From: Hypanus sabinus | Taxonomy: Eukaryota | Reading direction: 5' to 3' | Length of the DNA: 64,000 bases | Assembly: GCF_030144855.1 (NCBI RefSeq) | Contig: NC_082714.1 | Location: forward strand, 93,248,001-93,312,000 | Shown here: one piece after another, positions 38,410 through 52,914 of the stretch | Layout: each line of letters begins with the position of its first letter | How positions within the stretch are numbered: position 1 is the stretch's first letter | Translations under genes and position numbers: made by a program | The notes under the pieces: model-generated | What the model saw: the letters and a program-made list of their open reading frames with translations, nothing else | Told to the model about the DNA's origin: nothing | The model's database searches: none

Positions 38410-39522
38410 TGTAATATGGGGAAAAGTAGGTCTTTCATGGCCCTACATGTCTGTGCATGTTTGTGCGTGTCTCTGCACCTGCATTTGTTAATACTTTTGC
38501 TAGCTAGTGTCGTTAACCCTTGTGTTTTCTGTTTCATCTTGTCAAGTTTATTTTAATTGGGACTGGTTTTCTGCGTACTGATATTATTTAAGGCGTTTTC
38601 CTCATTAGCACTGATGGTGGGGTCCTAGTTTTTCGAGAATTATTCATTTCGCGGTGGTGCTCGGACAAGCCATCAATGTTCCGTTGGAATTCCTGTGAAT
38701 AAACCCTTGTTTGTGTCTCTACATGAGAGTCTGTCGTTCCTCGGCACCTGGTTTCAGTCGTTTGTCAGCGCACACAGTGGCAGTCTTACCCAGAGCCAGA
38801 AATGGACCCAACAGAGTTTCAACAGCCTGGACAACGATTAGCTGGAGGCGAGCTCCTTTATATCCTCAGTGTTCGTGTCAAGGCTCTGTTACGAGTCTTC
38901 CTGTGCCTCCCACTGGCCTACGGGTTTCAGATGAATATTCTATATTCACGAGCTATATGCCATGTTATCGATTTTACCAGCCATGTCTCCAGAGCATCAG
39001 CTCTGTTTCTAGTTTACCAGTTCGGTCCTGAGCAATCAGGTATGTCTCGAGCTTACCAGTCCGGTCTCCAGAGTATCAGCTCTGTTTCGAATTTCCCGGA
39101 ACTTTCTCGTGAGCATCATGTCTGTCTGGATTTCACAATCCTGTCTCGAGCAACCTAGAGCTCCTTAGGATGTCACGTGCCGGCCTTTGGGAATGATGTA
39201 CTGCCATGAGCAAGACAGGGATGTGAACGTGACTGTGTTAATCATTGTTTTATCGAGGGTCATTAAGTCAGTTTGCTTTCTCTTTAATCTTGTCAAGTTT
39301 ATTTTGACTGACACGGGTTTTCTGTGCAGTATGATTATTTAAACTAGACTCCCCATTGGCACTTATTGCGGTGCCCTGTTGTTTCGAGAATGATTCGACT
39401 AGCTGTTGCTCACTCAAGCCACTGATATTCTTGTTAGAATTCTTATCTAAAACTGTCTCGATATGAGTGTCTGTGGTTCGTGCACACCTGGAATCAGTCG
39501 TTTGTCAGCGCACGTCGTGACA
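38410..39522 (+). mobile_element. Internally deleted LTR element (LTR - short gag-start segment - LTR)
   Basis: Two related ~350-bp repeats (~38410-38782 and 39171-39522); the second has TGTCACG...CGTGACA ends; MDPTEFQQ start at 38802. No TSD was found. Confidence 0.6.
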
Positions 39523-40199
39523 GTCACATTGTTGGGTCTCCTTGCTTAGCGGGATCAAATTTGAGACAATTAGAAGGATATCGAGTGGAAGTGATTGAAT
39601 GGGTATACAGGCCTGGAACTCTCTGAGTGTAAGGCCCTTGGTGCTGAAACTCTTTATAAAGGGCAGCGTGCAGTTTTCTTTTTCGAGGATGGAATTTTTC
39701 CATCAACATGACCAAATATGCTCGTAAAAATATGGACGTAAGTCGGAGTTTGCAGGGTATATATCAAAATGACAAATTGTTTCACATTGAGACTGAGATT
39801 GCAATTGAGATCGCAGGGTGCTCAAAGTTCTGCTGGTGAATATGTGGTGGCGGTAGACAACCATTGAGGACCAGAGTCGGCCCTAACCTGACATTGTGGT
39901 GTCCGCAACTCAAAATAGAGTTATATTTGCATTTCGATAGCGCCTATCGGAATTTCCGCAGCAGAACAAGAACTTTACACCAATTAGTTCATTGATGTAG
40001 TCATTCCTGCAATATACTAAGCAGAGTATCATGTGCCTAACCGGATGATCTATTTTGCTAACGTTTTTGTGGGATCGCTGCTAACACTGGTCTCAATGCT
40101 CTACTTTCGTTAAGGGTTGAGTGAAATAGGAATTAAATTCTTACACCTTACGCATATATGGTCATGAGATTCAGTTGATGTCTGGATAACACAGCTCAA

Positions 40200-40420
40200 T
40201 GGAGATGAAAAGTCCTCTAAGTGAATTTGATCGGAATGATTGTTGGCGAAAGACGGAGCGGTTTGGATATTTTGGATACTGCTGCTCTCCTGGAATTTTG
40301 ACGCTCGACTGTTACTAGAGTTTACAGAGAATGATGCGAAGAACAAACAATTAAACAATTAAAGAAAAACATTCAGTGATCAGCGGTTCTGTGGGCTAAA
40401 AAATTTTAATGAGCGAGGTT
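40200..40420 (+). mobile_element. Tc1-like fragment cut by the L1 insertion
   Basis: Homologous to the reverse complement of 34640-34930. Confidence 0.55.
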
Positions 40421-43400
40421 AGGTTCCGGTGACGTCACCGTCCAGAATGGCGGCTTAAGTCAATAGCTCCTCCGGAAAAACGCATATTTTGCCCCTTTAA
40501 TCCATCAAAGATAAGATTTTTCGAAAATATCTGAATTGATAAGAACGAGGAAAAAATGGAGATAAAAAAGCATCACTGCGGAGCCTATGGACGAGAGGGG
40601 TGCAGCGAGAGGCTCTCCTACCCGACTGCGTGGTAGGGAAGCTGACGATGGGCCTCGTTCCGGAGAAGCGGCAAATATGTTAAGAGTTCTGGAAGAGAGA
40701 CGGAAAATCCAAAAAGATATAAAACAGTAAGTAAATAATAAAAAGTCAGAAGTCGCAGAAGTCAATCAAAAAATAGTGGTGACGGAGACACGAATTGAGA
40801 AGGGGACGATCGCGTGCAAAACATGGAACAGATACTATGTAAAGCTATAAAATATTAAATCAACAAGGAAGTAAATTAATTGATCACGCGGAAGATCACA
40901 GCGGAAAAATATCAGTATATGCAATGTTCCCGAAGGACCAGAGCGGTTTGTTTATGATGGAGTTTGTAGGTCCGTTGCTGTGGGACGCGCAGGGTATTCT
41001 TTCGACTATGGAGCTTGAAATTGAGAGGGCGCATCGTGCACTCGCTCTGCGGCCTACTGGAGACAGTAAAGTCAAGCCACGCTCAATGATAATCAGATTC
41101 CTTTGATACAATACCAAGGCGGAGATTCTCCGAAGGGCCTTGGGAAAGAAGAGGTTATTTTTGGACGGGAAATTAATATATTTCGATTACGATTCCCTCC
41201 CGGAGGTCCTGCAGAAACTTAAAGAATTCTCTGAAGTAAAGCGAATATTAAAGCAAGAAAAGATTAGATTTCAATCTCCGTACCCTGCTAAACTGCGAGT
41301 TTTTCTGAAGATGAGATCCAACTCTATCAGACAGTGGAAAAGGCGATTACAGAAATGAAGGCCAGGGGGCTGCCCATCAGCGTGATCAAACCGAGGGAAA
41401 GCCTGGCTGAGCAGTTAGCCTGCTCTTCTTGGGAAATAGTGAGAGAATCGAGGAAACAGAGAACGGGAAGTAGGCGAGAGAGGTATATCAGGAAGAGACT
41501 GTGAGTATTCCGAAGACAGCGCTCACGTCCTATAGAACAGCCGTAAGGTTTGGCTAAATTCAAAAGTGTTGATAAGCTAAACGGCAGCAATAACAGACGG
41601 TACTATACCTATCTCAAGAAATACTTACGAAAATGTGGATTTTATATTACTCAATTTTCTTTTTTATTCATTCATTCACTCCTTTTCCCCCCACCTAAGT
41701 GAGAATATATATATATATGGGAGGAATATACAGGGACATTTTTTCTGTGTAATGGACATAGATTTGTTCACTTACTTTTATGGGTATTGCAATGGGTGCC
41801 CTCAACTCCCAGGTAGGAGGAGCTATCCCCAACAGCTAGACGTTTCCTCGAGCTCAACCCAGAATCATCTACTGGAGACTTCAGCCTTGGAATCACAGTT
41901 TCTTTGCCTTTTTTTAATCATTCGCGTTTCTTGGCTCTTAATTGTTCAGGGAGTAGATCAATTAAGATTTAGTCTGCTAATTTCAACGATATATTGACAG
42001 ATAAATACACATGGCTAAGGACAAAGTACAATGTATTTCTTTAAATGTCAATGGGCTGCTAGGTCCAATCAAACGCAATAAAATTCTATCCAAAATAAAA
42101 AAAAATAGAACAAGCTTACTGGTATATTTACAGGAAACTCACTTAAGTAATAATGAGCATGGAAAACGAAAGAGAATGGACTTCACTAATTTGGTTTTCT
42201 CCTCATATAAATCAGGACATGGAGAGGACCTGCTATTCATATCTGAAACAAGCTCAATTTTGATAAAAGTATTCAAAATGGGAGATAAGGAGGGCAGATA
42301 TATTTTGGTTAGGGGGAATATAGACGGAAAATTGGTTACTGTAATGAATATGTACGCACCCCCAGGAAATGATATTAGTTTCTTTCAGAAAATTACTAAT
42401 ATTATGGTAACGAAAACAGAAGGACTCCTGATAGATGGGGGAAACTGAAATTTAAAATTACCACCAAAGTTAGACTCTTCCAATAGAAAAACCCATGAAA
42501 CAAAATCCTTACATAAGAAAGTTAATACATCTTTTTTTTGAGGATGTTGGTCTAATTGATTTATGGAAGGACCTTTTCCCCAACAGAATGGATTACACTC
42601 GTTATTCTGTTCCGCACTCTGTATATACAAGAATGTCAAGTCTATTTCATGTCAATTGGAAAAGACAAAGACAAAATAAACACCTGTGGAATTGGGACAA
42701 CAGATGTAAGTGACCATGCACCTATATATTTATCTATTGATTTTGACCTGCAACCAAAGAATACTATTTGGAAACTAAATTCAAATCTACTCAATGATCC
42801 CTAGTTTAAGGAACAAATTAAAAAAAGAAATTCCTCTTTACATAGAAATTAAGGATAATGGAGAAGTTTCACCACTCATTCGATGGGATATTCTGAAGGC
42901 TGTTTTAAGAGGGAAAATTATAGCGATATCTTCATTTAAGAAAAAAGTAAGGAATAAAACATTGGAGGAATTACAAAATAGGCTGAAGGAACTAGAAAAA
43001 CACAAATTGAATTTGGCACAGGATACATTAGAGGAAATTAAAGAAAAAGGAATGAAATTAGTAGTTTGGCTACGAAAGAAATCAGGAAAAAAATTAATGT
43101 TTCTGAAACAGAGACATTTTGAAAGTTGATCTAAGTCTATGTAAATACTTGCGTGGAAACTGAAAAAAAAAAGATAGTAGAAAATGAATTTCATAGAATT
43201 AAGGCTCCAAGAACAAAAAATGATTAAAAAAATAAGCTAAGTGAAATTCAAGAAGATTTTGAAGTGTTCTAAAAAACTGCATATTTTAACCTTCCAGGGG
43301 GAAGCATAACCCAAACTGACACCTTACTGAATTCTCTAGAGTTACCCACTTTAAGCGAAGGACAAAATAGAACGATGACTGCTGACATAACTGAAGTTGA

Positions 43401-43867
43401 ACTAAAAGCTGCAATTAGTAGTCTGAAATTAATGAAATCACCAGGCTCAGATGAGTATACGGCAGAGTGGTCCCAAGAATTTAAGAATGAGTAAATTCCT
43501 GTCTTACTTCCCACACTGAACTGGGATCTAAAAAAAGGCACAAATGCCACCCAGCTGGAAGGAAGCGATAATCTCATCTTTACCGAAAGAAGGCAAGGGT
43601 AAAATGGAATGTCGGTCATTTAGACCAATAGCCTTTTTTAATGTAGATTATAGATTATTTACTCACATCATGGCCAAAAGGTTAGAAGAGTTTATAGCCG
43701 TACTGATACATAATGATCAGACTGGTTTTATACAACAAGGCCAAACACAAGACAATATACGAAACACACTTAAATTATAGATCACATACAAAAAAAAAAT
43801 AAAATCTAAACAAAAGTGATAAGCGTGGACGCTGAAAAGGCATTTGATTCAGTTAAGTGGATTTTTC

Positions 43868-44400
43868 TCTCTTTCTTTTCAAACCTTTTAACTGTTATTA
43901 TTCAAAAATAACACAGGCACATCGAAGTAAGAACCCTTACAATGCCTGATAAAAAGAAATCATCTTAAAGATTGAATTTTTTTGTGAATAAAAAAAAACC
44001 CTGCTAGGCAAAAAAAGTGAGAAAAAAAAAAAAACCCATTGGGAGAACTACCATGGAGCCATGCGCCATACACACAGTTTCTAAAAATAAACATCAAGCC
44101 GCCACCAAGGAAGAAAGCTATATCAAGAAAAAAATGCACTTAGATCGTGGAGGAAATCTATCAGTTAACTGAAATGGTAACAATGAACAAATGAGCCCCA
44201 TCTCTTCTCAAAATCAAATAAAGGTTCAAAGGGTCTACTTCTAATTTTCCCCAAGCTAAGACACAGAATCAGTTGAGAGAACCTTTGTGAGAAAGTAGGA
44301 GCAGATTATCCTTCAATTTCAACAAGATGGCCCTCCTAGCTATCAATGTACAAACGCAGTAATATGTTGGTCAGACACAGATATACCATGGATATTTTGG
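43868..44400 (-). mobile_element. 3' fragment of a different L1-like subfamily inserted in the host RT
   Basis: Absent from the sister copy at the homologous position (~48360). The minus strand resembles an L1 ORF2 tail (LIARRAILLK) plus 3' UTR. Confidence 0.55.
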
Positions 44401-46180
44401 GCAATTATTTCTTTACCGAGTTTTACAAAGATTTTGGTTTCCGTCACACAATTATTAAAACTATACAGGCACTCTTTGACCACCCTACTGCTAGGATAAA
44501 AATCAAGGGATGTTCATCAAACAGTTTTACCCTAAACAGGGGTATGATACAGGGTTGTACATGATCACTGCTACTCTCGCATTATATCTGGAACCAGTAG
44601 CTCAATACATCAGACAAAATGAAGATATCAGGGGAATTACTTCTAAAGGGACAGAGCATAAATTGGCCTGTTACGCGGATGACATTTTGATCTACCTGGG
44701 GCAACCAACATACTCTTTACCTAAGTTGATGCAATCCTTTAAACAATATGGTCAATTATCAAGATACAAGGTCAACATAGACACAACCCAATTACTATCA
44801 TATAAATATAGCCCACCAAGAGAAATTGAAAGTAGATATCCCTGGCATGGCAACCACAGTCTTTCAAATATTTGGGCATCATTATGGCAAAAAAATTGGA
44901 AAAATTATCAGAATGTAATAATCAGTCTATATATAACAGTCAAGGGAGATATAACAAGAACATAATTCCTTTTGTTTAGTCTCAGTTCAAGGACTGAATC
45001 TATCAAAATGAATATACTGCTCAGATTATTATATTTCTTTCAGACCCTACGAATAGAGATTAAACAAAATTAATTCGATGAATGGATCAAAATCCTATCA
45101 ATATATATTTGGCAAGGTAAAAGGAGAAGAGTTCGCCTCAAAACTTGGCAATTAGCCAAGGAAAAGGGGGATGGGTCCTACCTTATCATCGAGATTATTA
45201 TTTTGCAGCACAGGTGTGAGCTGTGATATGTTGGTGCAACCCATCCTATGATGCTCAACGGAAAAACATTGAGGAGGGTATAATTCCCATCCGCATGCAG
45301 GCAATTTTGGCTGATAACCACCTACAAAGCTATATAAATACTATTGATAACCGTTGGGTGAAATGGACTCTTAAAATATGGAAAACTATTATAAAAGAAT
45401 ATAAACTACAGGGAAATATTGCAATTCTTAAATGGTGTGCATATGACACGGATTTTACACCGATTAAACTGGATGCTAGAATTAATAACTGGGCAGCTAA
45501 AGGAATAACAGTTCTTTGCAACATAATGAAAGAAAGAGCACTGTTCAGTTTTGAAATGCTTGAAGAGAAACACTTATTAGAAAAACAAGACTTTTATCCG
45601 TATTTACAGATGAAACAGTAGGACGGTTAAAAATTTAATTAAGGGGAGTACATGTTTGATAGAGCTATTTAGAAAAAGCATATAATTGAGATAACGGTAG
45701 TAGAATCATTTCCCGCGTGTATAAGGGTTTGTCAAATTTAACACACAGGCGACTTCATACATTAAAACAAAATGGGAGAAAGAAGGAGGGATAATCATAT
45801 CGGAGAAGAATGGAAAACAATATGGAGGTATCAATGGACGTGTACCAGTTCACAGAAATGGAGGGAGTTAGGATGGAAAAACTTGATAAGATATTTTATT
45901 ACACCCTCTCAGAAATTCCATTATGATAGTAACCTCCCTGTTTGCAGGAAAAATTGTGGAAATCAAAATGCAAATCATTATCGTACTTTTTGGGACTGCT
46001 GTGTTATCAAAGACTATTGGAGGGGGATGCACAATGCCCTGCAAGACATCTTTAAATGCAAATACCCTTAAAGAGTAAGACCATATATTTTGGGTATATC
46101 CCTCAAGAATGGGTGAAAAGATATAAATATTTAATGAATATACTGCTGCTGGCTGGTAAAAAGACTCTTACTAGGAAATG

Positions 46181-49162
46181 TTTTTTCTGTATTTTTTTAT
46201 TGGAGTTCATCATCAAACAAACATTTCCATAATATGTATTTCAGACATTTTGCATATAATATACATTATAATCATATATGTCACAAATCCCCACATAGTA
46301 TTTATCTGAGGTATACGCTTATAGAAAAAGAGTGGAGAGAAAAAATAAGTAAAAGGAAAAAACTATGTACAAGGAGGGAGTGATCTTCTTTTTACAACAT
46401 ATTCGTTGATTTGTGAGAATAAAATCAGGCCTATGAGGCATTATGTAGTTAAACCATTTTTCCCAGTATGTATCAAATTGGTCCAGCTTATGATGAAGAA
46501 ATGCTGTTATCTTCTCTATCTTCTCCATTTTGTACATGTCCATTGTAATTTCCATCCATGCAATTAAAGTTGGGTTCTCCTGTGATAACCAATTCCTAGT
46601 AAGAGTTTTTTTACCAGCCACCAACAGTATATTCATTAAATATTTATATCTTTTCAAAGATTCTTGAGGTATACACCCAAAATATATGGTCTTACTCCCG
46701 AAAGTTATTTCGCATTTAAAGATGTCTTGAAGGGCATTGTGTATCCCCCTCCAATAGTCTTTGATAACAGGGCAGTCCAAAAAATATGATAATGATTTGT
46801 ATTTTGATTTCCACAATTCCTCCAGCAAACAAGGAAGTTGCTATCATAATGGGATTTCTGAGAGGGTGTAATAAAATATCTTATCAAGTTTTTCCATCCA
46901 AACCCCCTCCATTTCTGTGAACTGGTACACATCCACTGATACTTCCATATTATAGTCCATTCTTCCTCAGATGTAATTATCCCTCCTTCCTTCTCCAGTT
47001 CTGTTATAATGTATGAAGTCGATTGTGGTTTAAGAATTGACAACCCCTTATACATGCTTGAAAAGATTCTACTACCGTTATCTGAATGATATGATTTTCT
47101 AAATAGCCCTAGCAAGCACGTACTTGCCTTGGTTACATTTTAATCGTCTTATTAACATGTTGTCGCATCTGTAAATATCGATAAAAATCTTGTTTTTCTA
47201 ATAAGTGTTTCTCGTTAAGCATTTCAAAACTGAACAGTATTGCTTCTTTCATTATGTTGCAAAGAACTGTTATTCCTTTAGCTGTCCAGTCCTTAAATCT
47301 AGCTTCCAAATTATTTGTTGTGAGATCCGAGTCATATGCACACCATTTAAGAACTGCAAGTTCTCCTGTAGTTTTATATTCCTTTATAGTAGTTTTCCAT
47401 ATTTTAAGAGTCCATTTCACCCAACGGTTATCAATAGTATTTATGTACCTTTGCAGGTTGTTATCAACTGAAATTGCTTGTATTGGGATGGGAAGTACCC
47501 GCTCCTCAATGTTTTTCCATTGAGCATCATATGATGAGTTGCACCAACTTATCACAGCTCTCAAATGTGCTGGAAAATAATAATCTCTAAGAGAAGGTAG
47601 GCCCCATCCCCCCCTTTTCCTTTGCTATTTGCAAAGTTTTGAGACGAACTCTTGCCCTTTTACCCTGTCAAATATACCTTTATAATATCTTGTTCTATTC
47701 ATTGAATTGATTTTGATTAATCCCTATTGGTAGGGTCTAAAAGAGACATAACAGCCCGGGCAGCATATTCATTTTAATAGACTTAATCCTTGAACTGAGA
47801 CAGGTTCCATCTTGCCATATCTTCCTTAATTTGTTATATAAAGGCTGATAATTACATTCTGATATTTTTTCCAAATGTTTTGGCATATTGTTGTCCAAAT
47901 ATTTGTAAGACTGTGTTTGCCATGCCCAGGGATATTTACGTACAATTTCTCTTGCTGGGCTATGGTAATATGAAGGTCATTGGGTTTTATCTATGTTGAC
48001 CTTGTATCCGGATAATTGACCATATTGTTCAAAGGATTGCATCAACTGAGGTAAAGAGAATGTTGGTTGCCCTAGATAGATCAAAATGACATCCGCATAA
48101 GCCAATTTATGCCCTGTCCCTTTAATAGTAATACCCCTGATATCTTCATTTTGTCTGATGTATTGAGCTAATGGTTCCAGATATAATGGGAAGAGTAGCG
48201 GTGACCTTGCACAGCCCTGTCTCGTGCCCCTTTCTGGGGTAATACTATTTGATAAATATCAATTGATTTTAATCCTATCAGTTGGGTTGTTATATAGTGT
48301 CTGTATAGTTTTAATATTTGTTTCTTGGAAACCAAATCTACGTAAAACACTGTGAAGAAAATTCCAATAAACCGAATCAAATGCTTTTTCAGCATCCACG
48401 CTTATTACTATTGCTTCGATTTTATCTTTTTTGTATATGATCCATAATGTGAAGTGTCCTTCGTATATTGTATTGTGTTTGGCGTTGCAGTATGAAACCT
48501 GTCTAGTCGTTACGTATCAGTATGGGTAGAAACTCCTCTAATCGTTTGGCCATTATGGAGGTAAATAATCTATAATCTACATTAAGAACGGATAGATGGT
48601 CTAAATGACCCACATTCCATTTTATCCTTGCCTTCTTTCGGTTTCACTGAGATTATCGCTTCCTTCCAACTGGGTGGCACTTGTGCCTTTTTTTGAGCCC
48701 AGTTCAGTTTGGGGAATAAATCAGGAGTTAACTCATTTTTAAATTCTTTGGACCCCTCTGCCGTATACCCATCTGATCCTGGTGATTTGCTTATTTTAAG
48801 CCTACTAATTGCAGCTTTTAATTCAACTTCGGTTATGTCAGCAGTCATCGTTCTATTTTGTTCTTTGCTTAAAGTGTGTAACTCTAGAGAATTCAAGAAG
48901 GTGTCAATTTAGGTTATGCATCCCCCTAGAACTTCGGAATATAGAGTTTTCTAAAATATTTCAAAAGCTTCTTGAGTTTCACTTCGCTAAGCTTCTTGAG
49001 TTTCACTTCGCTTATTTTTTATCATTTTGGTTTTTGGGTCCCAAAGTCTATGAATTGTATTTTCTGCTATCTTTTTTTTTCCGTTTCCACGCCAGCATTT
49101 CATAGACTTTGATTCACTTTCATAATGTCTCTGTTTCAGAAACATTAAATTTTTCCTGATTT
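46181..49162 (-). mobile_element. 5'-truncated L1 copy inserted antisense into the same family
   Basis: TSD GGAAATG at 46174-46180 and 49163-49169; T-rich tail at 46181; reverse complement matches 43080-46180 plus 49170-49560. Confidence 0.9.
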
Positions 49163-52100
49163 GGAAATGGTTTTCACAGGAGAGCCCAACCTCAAATGCA
49201 TGGATTAAGATTACAATAGACATTTAAAAAATGGAGCCGATAACAGAATCTGTTAATCATAAGTTGGAACAATTTGATTCATGCTTGAAAAATGGTTTAA
49301 CTATGTAACAACGTATAGGCCTAATTTCATCCCCACAAATCAATATGTTGTAAAAAAAAGATCTCTCCCTACTTGTACATAGTTTTCTCCTTTCGCTTGT
49401 TCTTTCTTTCCTCTCTTTTCTATCAGTGTATACCTCAGTAAATATTATGTACAGATTTGCGGCATATATGACTGTATGATATATACGTTTAATATTTGAA
49501 ATACATTTATGGAAATGTTTGTTTGATAATGAAGTTCAATAAAAATAATTACAAAAAAATTGATAGAGGTTTGAACACGGAGACGTAGATGAGACAACAA
49601 ATGGTAGACATGTTTAGCAACCTGCCTGAGGAAGTGGGAGAGGAAATCAAAATTGTGCAGTTTAAAAAAAATCCAGGCAGTAATATTGATATTAAAGCTT
49701 CATATTGACACGAGTCAAACGCATACAAATGGTATGAGCGCAGTTAGGCATCTTGGCCGGCATGGTCAAGTTGAGCAGCAAGGCCCATTTCTGTGCTGTA
49801 TAACTCTGTAAGTCTAAATGTCGCGGTTATCAGGGACAGGCAATTAATGTCATAGTTGGTTGCCAGTAAAGCTCAGCAAGCACCATTCCCATGGCTTCTC
49901 ATAAATATTACTTATTGTAGGGACTGACACGTTATGAGAAAATATGTTTTAAGTTATTAACAACGAATAAAACTAAGGATCAGTTATATCTTTCGCAGGT
50001 TAATGACATGCAAGTACAACAAGCTGAGAGGGAGATAATGTTGGCTTTTTCAAAGGAATGTGAGGACGGGACACTTCAGTTGGATGACAATTGTTCAGTA
50101 CAGGAAACATGTGTGTATTCGGATCGAATAGCCCCAGGCGATAATGCTCTGTGGAGAAAAGAGCTGACTGGTAATGGTAGGCTGGGAGAGGGAAACCAAA
50201 CAAGTTCGGGGAATTGAAAGGTGAATACACCGAAAGACAAGACACTGATTGGACTACAAAGAGGAAGCAAAATCTCTTTCAGCTGGATGGGCGATGGGGG
50301 AACAGGATGAACAACGATGACGCGACACAATTCAGTCAGGGCCTGTCGATTTTCTCTCCAAGTGCCACGTGCATTTTTCATCGCCGACCAGAGTCCAAGA
50401 CAGGATGGATAGATGTTTGAGCACGACGTGATTCAGCGCTGGGCAGTGCTGGGCTTATGACCATTTCAGATCATGGATAACAGCGAAGCAGGCGCCCGAG
50501 GTCCATGCGTCATCTTATATATTCCCTTGTGTGTCATGTACTGAAACATTCATCGGGTTCCTCAGATTATGCTGCAGGTTGGTTCAGAGATGCAGAGAGA
50601 TACCGATCCCGTGATCACCCTCTGGGCTATTCTCAAGCCCTTATGTTCCTCAATAAGTTTTCTGTTCGCTACTTTCAAAGTCACACATTTATTATGACGT
50701 ATCTGAGAGAGTCTTCATCTCNNNNNNNNNNNNNNNNNNNNNNNNNNNNNNNNNNNNNNNNNNNNNNNNNNNNNNNNNNNNNNNNNNNNNNNNNNNNNNN
50801 NNNNNNNNNNNNNNNNNNNNNNNNNNNNNNNNNNNNNNNNNNNNNNNNNNNNNTCCACGCGGTCCTCGTGCCCTTCTCCCCTCCCTCCTCTCTCTCTGCC
50901 TTACTCTGCTGCTTCTATCTCTCTCCCGTCTTTCCGTCTCTCTCCTCTTTGTTTCTCCCCATCTCTCGCACCCACTCTCTCCTCTCACATTCTTATCTTC
51001 CTCATTCTGCCTCACTAGTCACTTATTTTTCTTTCACCCTATCTCTCTCCCTCCACGCTCTCACCGTCTCAACGTCTGCTTGTTTTGTTTCCCATAACTC
51101 ATTCTACCTCTCTCTTTCCCTGTCCACCTGTCTCTCCATTCATCGCTTGTCACAACTAATTCCAATAGACCAATTGTTTTTAAGATTTAGTTTTAGAACG
51201 TGTCTCTTCCTAGAACTGCGGTTTCTCCGACTGAGAGAATTTAAATAAAGTTCAGTCGTATCTCATCAACGCCCCCACCTTCCCGGGACCTAGCGACCGA
51301 GTCACCTGCACCATTTCACAAACAGGACAGAAACAGCACCAATTTGTGTAACTGTCGCTAAATAAAGGCTGTGCAAGCCCCGTCCCGATCCCCATGGGGA
51401 GATGACGCGGTCCGCAGCTGCATCAGTGATGCTCACAACACAGACAGTTCGACCCTTTTCATCTGCACATCCCATCCTCGACTCTGGGCAAAGGCTAAAA
51501 AAATTCATGGGGCCTTGTGAAAGAAAATTAAAAGCCCCTGACTGAGTGAAGGAGACGTTAACTGGACTGACCAGTGTCCTGCTTTCTGAAGAATTACTAT
51601 ATCCAAGGTTATGAACGACACGTATTCTAAATTTTAATCGCCATCTCCAATTATCTAATGAGAAGCAATCGATAGATCAGCCCTTACACAACCCTAACTA
51701 AAGAATATTAAACAATACTATTTCACAAATAAAAAGAAGTCAGTGTTTCACAGTTGCGTTATTAGATAAATGTTGATACCGTGTCACATTGAGTCGAACT
51801 TTTACTTGTATGAAATTTCTTCTCATCTATTACACAGTATCGAAAAGAACGTGGCAGATTGAAGGCTGAGTGGTGATGAACTAAATCATGGACAAGAGAA
51901 GGGAGATTTGATGTCCCACACGTGGCTCACTGTTAATCACATCCTTCATCAGAGTGCGGATCAGCATCAGACTCAAATATAATATCAGAGCCTTATGTCG
52001 TTAAATTTGCTGTTTGTATTCCAGAGGCTGGGGACCTGATTAAGAAAAACATGGAATGTCAGAAAGTACCAGATCACCACAAAACCAAATCAGACCTTTC

Positions 52101-52914
52101 GGTCCATCTAATCTGTTCCGAATTATTAATATGGTTATTCCCGTCATTCTGCACCCGGACCAAATGCATTCATACCCACCCCCCATCCAAATTTCTCTTA
52201 AATTTTGAAATCGACCTTCATCCATCACATCCGCTGGTAAATCTCTTAACCCGCTCACCATCCTTTGAGTGAAGAAGTTTCCCCCCGACGATCCCTTTAA
52301 ACAGTGAATCTTTTACCCTTATGTCATATCTATAATTGTAGTCTCACCCAATATCAGTGCAAAAGTAGCCTGTTAATATTTTACCCTTGCTATATCCCGC
52401 TGGAATGGCGTAGTAGGAGACATAAAGAACCAATACTGCCAATATAAGTATGTAAGAAAAAGTTTATGGTGGAATGGTTAACTTGGATCAATTTCACACT
52501 GAGAATGGAAACACCAGAAAGTAAATAAATAAAGAGTCGGTGAAATGATACACATGTATGAGAAGGCAAAGGAATTCATCCGGAAATACACTGGAACGAC
52601 AGGCCGCCGTGACATTCTATCACACTATACAAGCAGCATAATGCAGAAAGTGTTTTTGATCAAGAAAAAAATCACCGGGATCCNNNNNNNNNNNNNNNNN
52701 NNNNNNNNNNNNNNNNNNNNNNNNNNNNNNNNNNNNNNNNNNNNNNNNNNNNNNNNNNNNNNNNNNNNNNNNNNNNNNNNNNNNNNNNNNNNNNNNNNNN
52801 NNNNNNNNNNNNNNNNNNNNNNNNNNNNNNNNNNNNNNNNNNNNNNNNNNNNNNNNNNNNNNNNNNNNNNNNNNNNNNNNNNNNNNNNNNNNNNNNNNNN
52901 AGAGAAATCTATTA

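Larger units (their letters stand above)
40420..49560 (+). mobile_element. Near-full-length decayed L1-clade LINE, interrupted by two nested L1 pieces
   Basis: CpG-rich 5' end; ORF1 remnants (RAHRAL..PRSMIIRFL, YPAKLRVF); ORF2 EN (ISLNVNGL, LQETHL, SDHAPI), RT (DAEKAFD, YADD) and Cys-rich end; 3' UTR with AATAAA and A-tail at ~49540-49559. Confidence 0.9.
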
